From Draconibacterium sp. (lineage in GTDB: Bacteria; Bacteroidota; Bacteroidia; Bacteroidales; Prolixibacteraceae): 64,000 nt of DNA. Location: positions 14,696 to 78,695 of the forward strand of contig DAOPJR010000002.1 in NCBI GenBank assembly GCA_035399765.1, given 5' to 3'. Both the position numbers and the translations under genes were made by a program. This document shows positions 56,641 through 64,000 of this stretch, one piece after another. The first letter of the stretch is position 1; every line of letters begins with the position of its first letter. The notes beneath the pieces were generated by a model that did no database searches, had not been told where the DNA came from, and saw only the letters and a list, made by a program, of their open reading frames with translations.

Positions 56641-57726
56641 TTATTCTTCCAGTTTCAGGTTTAAAGTTACAGAAAAGGTTTCATCCTGTTCTTTTACATC
56701 AAGTATGTATTTGGCAGGATAGAGCAGATCGAGCCTGCGCTGCACGTTTTTCATTCCAATTCCACTTGATCTATCTTCAGTTTTGGCAAGTAATTGATTT
56801 CTGGAGTTCTCAACCTGAAATATAAGGTTGCCAGCAACAATTGAAATTTTTATATGAACAAAGGCAATTCCCGGGAAATGACTTACGCCATGCTTGAAAG
56901 CATTTTCTACATAAGGAAGCAAAATCAGCGGTGCAATTTTGAATTTTTGTTCTACCTCCGGAATTTCGGCAGTCAGTTCAAGTTTATCTGAATAACGGAT
57001 TTTTTCAATTTCGATATAGTTTTTCAGGTTATTTAAATCTTCAGTCAGTGAAACCTTGGGAGCATCGCAGCGATACAAAATGTAATCCAGTATTTCGGAT
57101 AACTGTAATACCAGCTTTGGAGCATCATTCGATTTTTCCAGGGTAAGACCATAAAGATTGTTCAGGGTATTGAATAGGAAATGTGGATGAACCTGTGCTT
57201 TTAAAAGTTTCAATTCGGCCTCTTTTAATTTGAGTTGTGTGGTAAGTTGTGCTTTTTCTAGCTCATTTTTTTCCTGTTGCATGTAAAATGCCCTTTTTAC
57301 CTGTTTGACGGCAATAGCAAAAAACACAATGAAATTTAGCGAAATCACCTGTAATTCCGGATGCAAGACAGCCGGATCAAGTGAGGCCTCCGAGTTTAAA
57401 ATCCGAATCAAAGCATAAAATACAATCAAAAATGAAAGCCAGGTTGAAACCAGTACTGTAAAAACGCTGTAGGAAAAGAATTTGCCGTAGTTCTTGTTGC
57501 TTAAGTGATTAGGAATGAGCACATAATTGAAAAGATAGGTTTCAAGAATAGCGACCGGTAAAAGCCCGATAGTAAAAATCAAAGAAACCTTTGGAAATTC
57601 ACTATTCCAGACAAAAATAAAGTAATAAAAACACCCTACAGTTAACCAGAACAGGAAGTGGAGTAAAATTCTGAGTGTTTTTGTAGAACTGATCTTCCGA
57701 ATGATATGTTGTAATTTATCAGCCAC
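56641..57726 (-). CDS. LytS/YehU-type sensor histidine kinase
   Basis: Four TM helices, LKAQVHPHFLFNTLNN, ENAFKHG, SGIGMKNVQRRL; GTG start. Confidence 0.92.
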   Translation of the reverse strand: MADKLQHIIRKISSTKTLRILLHFLFWLTVGCFYYFIFVWNSEFPKVSLIFTIGLLPVAILETYLFNYVLIPNHLSNKNYGKFFSYSVFTVLVSTWLSFLIVFYALIRILNSEASLDPAVLHPELQVISLNFIVFFAIAVKQVKRAFYMQQEKNELEKAQLTTQLKLKEAELKLLKAQVHPHFLFNTLNNLYGLTLEKSNDAPKLVLQLSEILDYILYRCDAPKVSLTEDLNNLKNYIEIEKIRYSDKLELTAEIPEVEQKFKIAPLILLPYVENAFKHGVSHFPGIAFVHIKISIVAGNLIFQVENSRNQLLAKTEDRSSGIGMKNVQRRLDLLYPAKYILDVKEQDETFSVTLNLKLEE

Positions 57727-57944
57727 TGTATTCTAAAAATAGGAAAATAACGTGGATTTTTATTAATCAGAAATTCAATCGATAAAAGTAGTAAATCAAA
57801 AGCCGAACAACCAAAATCGGGCACCAACAACTTTTTACTTGTCAGAGGTTGTTAAACTGTAATTTTGTGTAATTCAACGATTAAAGTAGATTGAATCGTG
57901 TTTTGTGTATTAGCTTGCAATCAGTAATCAATAAAACAAACAAA

Positions 57945-58349
57945 ATGATCAATTTAGACGAAGCAGAAACCGGTTTTCAATATGTAATGCAGGCTTATAA
58001 AATAGGTGGTGTATTTATGAATCTGATAACAATCTTCGGACTTATTGCTTTGGGGATTACCCTTTGGAAGGTTATTGAAATTGTTAGGAAAAGAAACGTA
58101 AATACTCGCTTACTCGATCTGGTAAAAATGTCAGCATGGTTAGCTATTTCTTTAGGATTTTTATCGCAGGTTGTTGGGATTGTCCGGGCACTCGAGGCGA
58201 TTAAAGCTGCTGCTGATATTTCTGCGGAAATTGTGATGAACGGAGCAATTGTTAGCTTTTATGCTCCCATTTGGGGGCTGATCGTATTTATATTTTCAAT
58301 GATTTTTTATTATGTTTTAAAAGTAGTAGTCAAGGCCAGAATGAGTTAA
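57945..58349 (+). CDS. Small 3-TM protein, MotA/TolQ/ExbB-channel-like
   Basis: GG.FM..I, LGFLSQVVGIVRALEAI..AADIS..IV..G pattern; divergent from the LytS/LytTR pair. Confidence 0.65.
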   Translation: MINLDEAETGFQYVMQAYKIGGVFMNLITIFGLIALGITLWKVIEIVRKRNVNTRLLDLVKMSAWLAISLGFLSQVVGIVRALEAIKAAADISAEIVMNGAIVSFYAPIWGLIVFIFSMIFYYVLKVVVKARMS

Positions 58350-58398
58350 TTCTGATTGTTCCCTGCTTCCTGTTCCAAAACGTAATCTCACGAATGTC

Positions 58399-59922
58399 AT
58401 GAAATACGGTTTAGTATTAATTGCGATTTTCGGGTTTCTTGTTGGTTGTAACCAGCACGTAAATACAGAAATAAATACAGTTGGATATGGCAATGTCAAA
58501 CAGTATGTTTCACTTGACGGACTTTGGCGGGTTACACCCGAAACATCCATAAAATATCCCCACGGAACGCTTGAGCCTATCATTCTGATTTGTGGAAATG
58601 CTCGGGGTAAATTCTCTGCGCGAGGCTGCTTCCTTTGGGAAGGTCATTTTTATGATTACTGGAACTTCAATAAAATGGAGTTCATTGATTCTACCAATCA
58701 ATTGATCATAACATATAACGATGGTAGTATTTATAAGGGAGTAATTGACGATAAGAAAGAATTGATACAGGGTATCGCTTACTGGGATGAGGAAGATACG
58801 ACTGATGCCAATAAACTTGATTTTGTTCGCGACGAAGATATGAATATAGATAGGCTGTTTATTCCTTATCCTCCCGGTCAGGATGGAAGCATTAGATATA
58901 TCTATCGTCAACCTGACAATTGTAATGATCAGCTGCAAACAGCTTCGATATTTGGATTTGTAAAAGATTCAACTGCATTTTACAGTATGATGGAGAAGAT
59001 CATTAAACAGGAATTTGGCCGACTGGAATCTTTTTTACTCATCAAAGATCAGAAACTTATTCTTGAAGAATATTTTTATGGCTATGATCGGACTCAGCTA
59101 CATCCGGTTCACTCCTGTACAAAAAGCATCACTTCTTTGCTTTTGGGAATATCATTGGGGCGTCATAAGAATCTTGATGTCAATGTTCCTGTTTTTAGTT
59201 TTTTCCCGCAATTTGATTCATTAATCACTCCCGAAAAGGAAAAGATTACACTGAAGCACGTTTTAACAATGACTTCCGGGTTACCCGAGGATGATGAATT
59301 TGAGAAAAATGATCCAGACGACCTGGTAAAACAAATGCTCATTCAGCCATTGGAATCTGGTCCCGGGGAAAAATTTAAATACAATGGTAACAACTCAAAT
59401 CTTCTGGGAAGTATAATAAATGCACTTGAAAAAAAACAAGCGGATGACTTTGCCAGAGAAGTGCTGTTTAACAAGTTGGGCATTTCCGAATTTAAATGGG
59501 AAAAAGAAAATGGTGTTTTGCCGTGCCAGAGTGAGCTTCAGATGCTTCCACGCGACATGGCAAAAATCGGATTACTTGTTTTAAATAACGGCTCCCGCAA
59601 CGGTGAACAAATCGTTCCAAAAGAATGGATTATTGAGTCGGGGAAACCACATGTTGCCGAAACGGAATTTTTCGATTATGGATACCAGTGGTGGTACAGG
59701 TCAAAACAAAACACACCATGGTGGAAAAATCCGGTTCATGGGAGTAATGATGAGCATGATATGTTTTTAGCACTCGGTTATGGTGGTCAGTATATAATGA
59801 TTATCAGAGATCTGAATATGGTTTTGGTTATAACATCATCCGATTATAACGAAGAGAATGGTATGTCTCTTCGTAAAATACCATTGGTAATTGAAGAAGT
59901 TGTACCGTTATTTGATGAATAG
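58399..59922 (+). CDS. Lipoprotein serine hydrolase, class C beta-lactamase/NylB-like
   Basis: LVGC lipobox; HSCTKS (SxxK), LTMTSG, PGEKFKY, PRDMAKIG, YGYQWW, ALGYGGQY. Confidence 0.85.
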   Translation: MKYGLVLIAIFGFLVGCNQHVNTEINTVGYGNVKQYVSLDGLWRVTPETSIKYPHGTLEPIILICGNARGKFSARGCFLWEGHFYDYWNFNKMEFIDSTNQLIITYNDGSIYKGVIDDKKELIQGIAYWDEEDTTDANKLDFVRDEDMNIDRLFIPYPPGQDGSIRYIYRQPDNCNDQLQTASIFGFVKDSTAFYSMMEKIIKQEFGRLESFLLIKDQKLILEEYFYGYDRTQLHPVHSCTKSITSLLLGISLGRHKNLDVNVPVFSFFPQFDSLITPEKEKITLKHVLTMTSGLPEDDEFEKNDPDDLVKQMLIQPLESGPGEKFKYNGNNSNLLGSIINALEKKQADDFAREVLFNKLGISEFKWEKENGVLPCQSELQMLPRDMAKIGLLVLNNGSRNGEQIVPKEWIIESGKPHVAETEFFDYGYQWWYRSKQNTPWWKNPVHGSNDEHDMFLALGYGGQYIMIIRDLNMVLVITSSDYNEENGMSLRKIPLVIEEVVPLFDE

Positions 59923-60016
59923 AATAAATAGAGATAACACTCTTAATCTTTTCTGTACAATCCAGGAAAAGAAAAATTAATACGTATTTGATGATTATTT
60001 TTCAGTAAAGTGGTCC

Positions 60017-60703
60017 TTATTTTATTTTGTCCGAAACCTTTCCAATTATTTTATTGATAATTGGTTTTTGATCCAGGTTACTAAAGAGGCTTCTTTTGCC
60101 GTAATGAAGTAAGATATTGCGCGAGTAAACAAAAATTCCAAAACCGTGAGAGGCAAACAGAACCGGATCGAGGCGTGGTATCGAATAGGTGAAAATCATT
60201 ATAGATCCGATAATGCTGATAACCCAAAACCCAAGTGGGAAAACCGAGTCTTTTTCCTTTTCTGAAAAAATCCACTGGTAGAAGAAACGCGAAATAAATA
60301 CGACCTGTGCCACTGTGCCCCATATCAGCCAAAAAGCAGTTATTTCTTCGTTTTTGAAAATAGCGGTAAAATTACCTGAAAATATCAGCCAGAATACGTA
60401 TCCAAGCGGAACAACGACTGCCAGTAAACGGGCCAGCCAGTGCATGCTTTTCCATGCGTTTTTTAACTGAAGGTTTCTGATGTAAATCAAATAAACAAGC
60501 AGTTGACCAAATACAATGGCAAAATCGTGGCGTAAGATTCCGTATGTCAGCATCAGGATTGAAGCCACTAAGCTAATTTGCCAGAAAATGACAGGTGAGA
60601 GCACTTCTCCTTCTTTTTCCGATTTAAACCATTGTGCAATGATTCGTATGAAAAAAAGAATTTGTGCCAGAAATCCAAGTGTTATGATCAGAATATGGTC
60701 CAT
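60017..60703 (-). CDS. LAB_N (lipid A disaccharide synthase N-terminal-like) double-domain membrane protein
   Basis: Two repeats of G..AQ..F..R...QW..SE.....P..FW..S....Y.RN. Confidence 0.85.
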   Translation of the reverse strand: MDHILIITLGFLAQILFFIRIIAQWFKSEKEGEVLSPVIFWQISLVASILMLTYGILRHDFAIVFGQLLVYLIYIRNLQLKNAWKSMHWLARLLAVVVPLGYVFWLIFSGNFTAIFKNEEITAFWLIWGTVAQVVFISRFFYQWIFSEKEKDSVFPLGFWVISIIGSIMIFTYSIPRLDPVLFASHGFGIFVYSRNILLHYGKRSLFSNLDQKPIINKIIGKVSDKIK

Positions 60704-60753
60704 GCTGAAATTTGAAGAAACAAAAATAGAAAAGATTAAATATAAAGGTGCAT

Positions 60754-61488
60754 TTATTCTATTTCACTCAGTTTGTCAAGGGTTTCTTTGGCAGCATTTT
60801 GATGTGCCTCTTTTTTTGAAGTACCGGTTCCGCGGCCAATTACTTTGTTGTCGATTTTAACAATAGCGTTAAATCTGGGTTGTTTCGATGCTTCATCGGT
60901 TTCCTCGGTGGTTTCAAACTCAATTTCGTGTTTGTTTTTCTGGCTCCACTCGATCAGTTGGCTTTTAAAATTGGAATCTTCCTGTTCAATCTCACTTAAG
61001 TTAACAAATTGAGAAAGAATGCGTTTGGTGACAAAATATTTTGCAGCCCGATAATCACGGTCGAGATAAATAGCACCAATTAAAGCTTCCAGTGCATCGC
61101 CGTAAATATGGCTTTTGTCAATTTTTTTTGTGGTGTTCGAATCGATAAACACATACAAACCCATATCGTGGGTAAGTTTTGTAAGAAATGCACGGTTTAC
61201 CAGTTTTGACCTGGTTTTGGTAAGAAAGCCTTCGTCTTCCTGCGGAAAGCGGTTGTATAAAAAGTCGGCAATTATGGCACCTAAAATAGCATCTCCAAGG
61301 TATTCAAGACGCTCATTATTTACCAGGTTTCCCTGCGAATCGACAGTAGAAGCAGACTTATGAATAAAGGCAAGATCATATAGCTTTAGGTTGCGTGGAT
61401 AAAAGCCAAGCAAGTCCTTTAAAAATAAATAAAACTCTTTTCGATCAGACGAAAAGAGTTTTACTCGTTGTACTATTTTTCTTACCAC
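60754..61488 (-). CDS. rnc: Ribonuclease III
   Basis: NNERLEYLGDAIL, GDALEALIGA, dsRBD NFKSQL...SKKEA. Confidence 0.96.
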   Translation of the reverse strand: MVRKIVQRVKLFSSDRKEFYLFLKDLLGFYPRNLKLYDLAFIHKSASTVDSQGNLVNNERLEYLGDAILGAIIADFLYNRFPQEDEGFLTKTRSKLVNRAFLTKLTHDMGLYVFIDSNTTKKIDKSHIYGDALEALIGAIYLDRDYRAAKYFVTKRILSQFVNLSEIEQEDSNFKSQLIEWSQKNKHEIEFETTEETDEASKQPRFNAIVKIDNKVIGRGTGTSKKEAHQNAAKETLDKLSEIE

Positions 61489-61494
61489 AGTTTT

Positions 61495-62736
61495 CTATAT
61501 TTTTTTGAAAGCCAAAGTAGCATTGTGCCCTCCAAAACCGAAAGTATTGCTGATCGCAATATTGATTTCCCGTTGCTTGGCTTTATTGAATGTAAAGTCA
61601 AGACGATGATCGATTTCCGGGTCATCGGTAAAGTGATTAATGGTAGGAGGAACCATGCTATTTTGCATTGCCAGCAAACAAGCAAGCCCTTCGATGGCAC
61701 CGGCAGCACCGAGTAAGTGTCCCGTCATCGATTTGGTTGAACTGATACTCAGTTTGTAGGCATGTTCCCCAAAAGCTTTAAGAATGGCTTTTGGTTCTGC
61801 AATATCGCCAAGAGGAGTTGATGTTCCGTGAACATTGATATAATCAACATCTTCAGGTTTTAGTCCGGCATCATCAAGTGCCCATTTCATTACCAGACTG
61901 GCACCTCTTCCGTCCGGATCAGGTGCGGTCATATGAAAGGCATCGCCCGACATACCACCGCCGGCAAATTCAGCATAAATTTTTGCCCCTCTTTTTATCG
62001 CATGTTCGTATTCTTCCAAAACGAATGCAGCAGAACCTTCACCAATTACAAAACCATCACGGTCTTTATCAAATGGACGGGATGCCGTTTTCGGATCATC
62101 ATTACGTGTTGAAATAGCACGCATCGAGCTAAACCCGGCAACACCAGCCTCATTTACACCTGCTTCCGATCCTCCTGTGATCATAAGATCGGCTTTCCCC
62201 ATACGAATCATGTTGAAAGCATCGATCATGGCATGAGACGCTGAAGCGCAAGCACTAACCGTAGTATAATTAGGACCTCTGAATCCGTACTTGATCGAAA
62301 TTAAACCACCTGCAATATTGGCGATCATTTTTGGGATAAAAAACGGAGAAAAGCGTGGTCGGTCCGGAGTGTAGTCGCGAACTTCGTTGTAGAAAGTTTC
62401 GAGCCCCCCAATTCCGGCTCCCCAGATTACACCAACGCGGTCGCCATCAATTGTGTCCAGATCAAGCTGACTGTCTTCAATTGCCTGGGCCGAACTCGCA
62501 AAGGCATATTGGGTGTATTTGTCGTGTTTACGAACCTCCTTTTTATCAATGTATAAAAGGGGGTCGAAATTTTTAATTTCACACGCAAATCTGGTGGGAA
62601 AATGGGAGGCATCGAAGTGTGTGATTGGAGCTGCTCCACTCACACCATTCTTTAAATTCTCCCAGTACTCCTGTACCGAATTTCCCAATGGATTAACGGT
62701 GCCGACACCGGTTATTACAACCCGTTTTAATTCCAT
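61495..62736 (-). CDS. fabF: 3-oxoacyl-ACP synthase II
   Basis: RVVITG, SACASASHA, SRPFDKDRDGFV, NVHGTST, KSMTGHLLGAAG, NTFGFGGHN. Confidence 0.97.
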   Translation of the reverse strand: MELKRVVITGVGTVNPLGNSVQEYWENLKNGVSGAAPITHFDASHFPTRFACEIKNFDPLLYIDKKEVRKHDKYTQYAFASSAQAIEDSQLDLDTIDGDRVGVIWGAGIGGLETFYNEVRDYTPDRPRFSPFFIPKMIANIAGGLISIKYGFRGPNYTTVSACASASHAMIDAFNMIRMGKADLMITGGSEAGVNEAGVAGFSSMRAISTRNDDPKTASRPFDKDRDGFVIGEGSAAFVLEEYEHAIKRGAKIYAEFAGGGMSGDAFHMTAPDPDGRGASLVMKWALDDAGLKPEDVDYINVHGTSTPLGDIAEPKAILKAFGEHAYKLSISSTKSMTGHLLGAAGAIEGLACLLAMQNSMVPPTINHFTDDPEIDHRLDFTFNKAKQREINIAISNTFGFGGHNATLAFKKI

Positions 62737-62757
62737 GAAATGAAAAATATGAGAAAA

Positions 62758-62994
62758 TTACTTAACTGCTGATTCGATGTGAGCGATTGCTTCACCTACG
62801 GTGGAAATTTTTTCAGCTTCGTCGTCCGGAATAGCAAGATCGAATTCTTTCTCGAATTCCATGATTAATTCTACAGTGTCGAGTGAGTCAGCACCCAAAT
62901 CATTTGTGAAAGATGCTTCTGGAGTTACTTCACTTTCGTCAACACCAAGTTTGTCAACGATGATTGCTTTTACTTTTGCTGCAACGTCAGACAT
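62758..62994 (-). CDS. acpP: Acyl carrier protein
   Basis: [20 protein letters not shown]. Confidence 0.97.
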   Translation of the reverse strand: MSDVAAKVKAIIVDKLGVDESEVTPEASFTNDLGADSLDTVELIMEFEKEFDLAIPDDEAEKISTVGEAIAHIESAVK

Positions 62995-63178
62995 AATTTC
63001 TAATTTTAATTAATACTAATTTTTGTTTTAAATAATTCGCTGCAAAGTAATACATTTACGCTTTATATTTCCAAGAAAAAATAGAAAAAAGATTTAAACA
63101 CAACAGGTATCCTAACTTCTAAATGACTAAAATTGAATACTTTGTTTAAATGTTCAAAAACCATAATGACATTCTAAA

Positions 63179-63748
63179 ATGAAACAAAAAAGAATAGCCA
63201 TTTTTGCTTCCGGTTCGGGTACAAATGCTCAGAATATAATTGAATATTTTGCTGATAATAAAGATGTTGTTGTTGATTCGCTATGGGCCAACAAACCCGA
63301 TGCATATGCTCTGGTCAGAGCCCGGAATTCAGGTATAGAAACATTCATATTTAACCGGGAACAGTTTTATAATAACAGCCAAATCAACTCAATGTTAACT
63401 GAACGTAAAGTCGACCTGATTGTACTGGCTGGTTTCCTCTGGTTGATCCCTGATTCCCTGATCCGCAATTTCACGATAATAAATATTCATCCTGCATTAC
63501 TTCCCAAGTACGGGGGGAAGGGGATGTACGGAATGAATGTTCACAAGGCAGTGGTTGATAATTGTGAAACTGAATCGGGAATTTCCGTTCATTATGTGAA
63601 CGAAAACTACGATGAAGGAACCATTATTTTTCAGGCAACCTGTCCGGTGCTAAAAGGCGATACTCCTGAGCAGGTAGCGGAAAAAGTTCATGAACTGGAA
63701 TACAAGCATTTCCCTGCTATTGTCGAAGAAGTTCTCCGTAAATTATAG
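63179..63748 (+). CDS. purN: Phosphoribosylglycinamide formyltransferase
   Basis: IFASGSGTN, VLAGF, INIHPALLPKYGG, SVHYV..YDEG. Confidence 0.95.
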   Translation: MKQKRIAIFASGSGTNAQNIIEYFADNKDVVVDSLWANKPDAYALVRARNSGIETFIFNREQFYNNSQINSMLTERKVDLIVLAGFLWLIPDSLIRNFTIINIHPALLPKYGGKGMYGMNVHKAVVDNCETESGISVHYVNENYDEGTIIFQATCPVLKGDTPEQVAEKVHELEYKHFPAIVEEVLRKL

Positions 63749-63874
63749 TTTGATACTAATACCGGAATATTATAATTACAGAGTTCAGGTTAATAAACTT
63801 TACATTTTTAATGTTCTTGTTAAATAATGTTAAGCTTGGTTAACAGGCGATTTCTTTCAAATTATCTTTGAGGC

Positions 63875-64000
63875 ATGAGTCGAAAGATGTTGATAACACT
63901 GATTGTTGTGATGGCTGTTGTTTTGTCAGGCCTGATCCTGGTGCAATGGTCCATGATCAAATCTGCTTCTGATATCAGGGAAGAACAGTTCAATCAGTTA
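63875..64000 (+). CDS. N-terminus (runs off window) of probable membrane sensor histidine kinase (RprX-like)
   Basis: MSRKMLITLIVVMAVVLSGLILVQWSMIKSASDIREEQFNQL; TATCTTTG element at 63863-63870. Confidence 0.55.
   Translation, partial: MSRKMLITLIVVMAVVLSGLILVQWSMIKSASDIREEQFNQL

Noticed and set aside
45966-59922. Calling the three SxxK proteins bona fide beta-lactamase resistance genes
   Set aside because: Only fold-level motifs are visible; no class A ExxLN motif, and the class C-like one has YNG rather than YxN
1-64000. CRISPR arrays, tRNA/rRNA genes, IS elements, integrases, prophage
   Set aside because: No regularly spaced repeats, cloverleafs, or transposase/integrase/phage structural motifs seen by eye; a covariance-model scan would be needed to exclude small RNAs

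Overview
A 64-kb chromosomal window from a Bacteroidota bacterium, probably Prolixibacteraceae/Marinilabiliales-like. This is inferred from gene content, synteny and TAnnTTTG promoter elements. Core housekeeping blocks are trxA, murF, gldJ | porU-porV-ispF (type IX secretion), hutU, lemA-TPM-TPM, merR-nif3-zinc ribbon, M23, alaS, fused ccsBA, an acyl-CoA synthetase, an RluA-family gene, acpP-fabF-rnc and purN. These are interleaved with an accessory region (~30-60 kb) of sensors, hydrolases and PBP/beta-lactamase-fold proteins. The standout is a convergent four-gene module at 43076-51040. It encodes (1) a signal-peptide-bearing dikinase with glucan-water-dikinase-like domain order (large unknown N-domain, phospho-His swivel, C-terminal ATP-grasp, no pyruvate barrel), (2) two exported class A beta-lactamase-fold proteins with no recognisable deacylation motif, and (3) an ATP/ADP-translocase (TLC/NTT)-HEAT fusion. 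Together they suggest an undescribed periplasmic, ATP-fuelled phosphorylation system. Other oddities are a Cys-nucleophile esterase next to a hybrid sensor with 21-bp-spaced repeats, a beta-propeller sensor kinase broken by a 1-nt frameshift, a degenerate MtaA/UroD paralogue, an orphan HNH gene, a PD-(D/E)XK-like ORF and an unannotated 45-aa membrane peptide. I saw no rRNA, tRNA, CRISPR array or transposase. All family calls come from motif recognition by eye, not from database searches.
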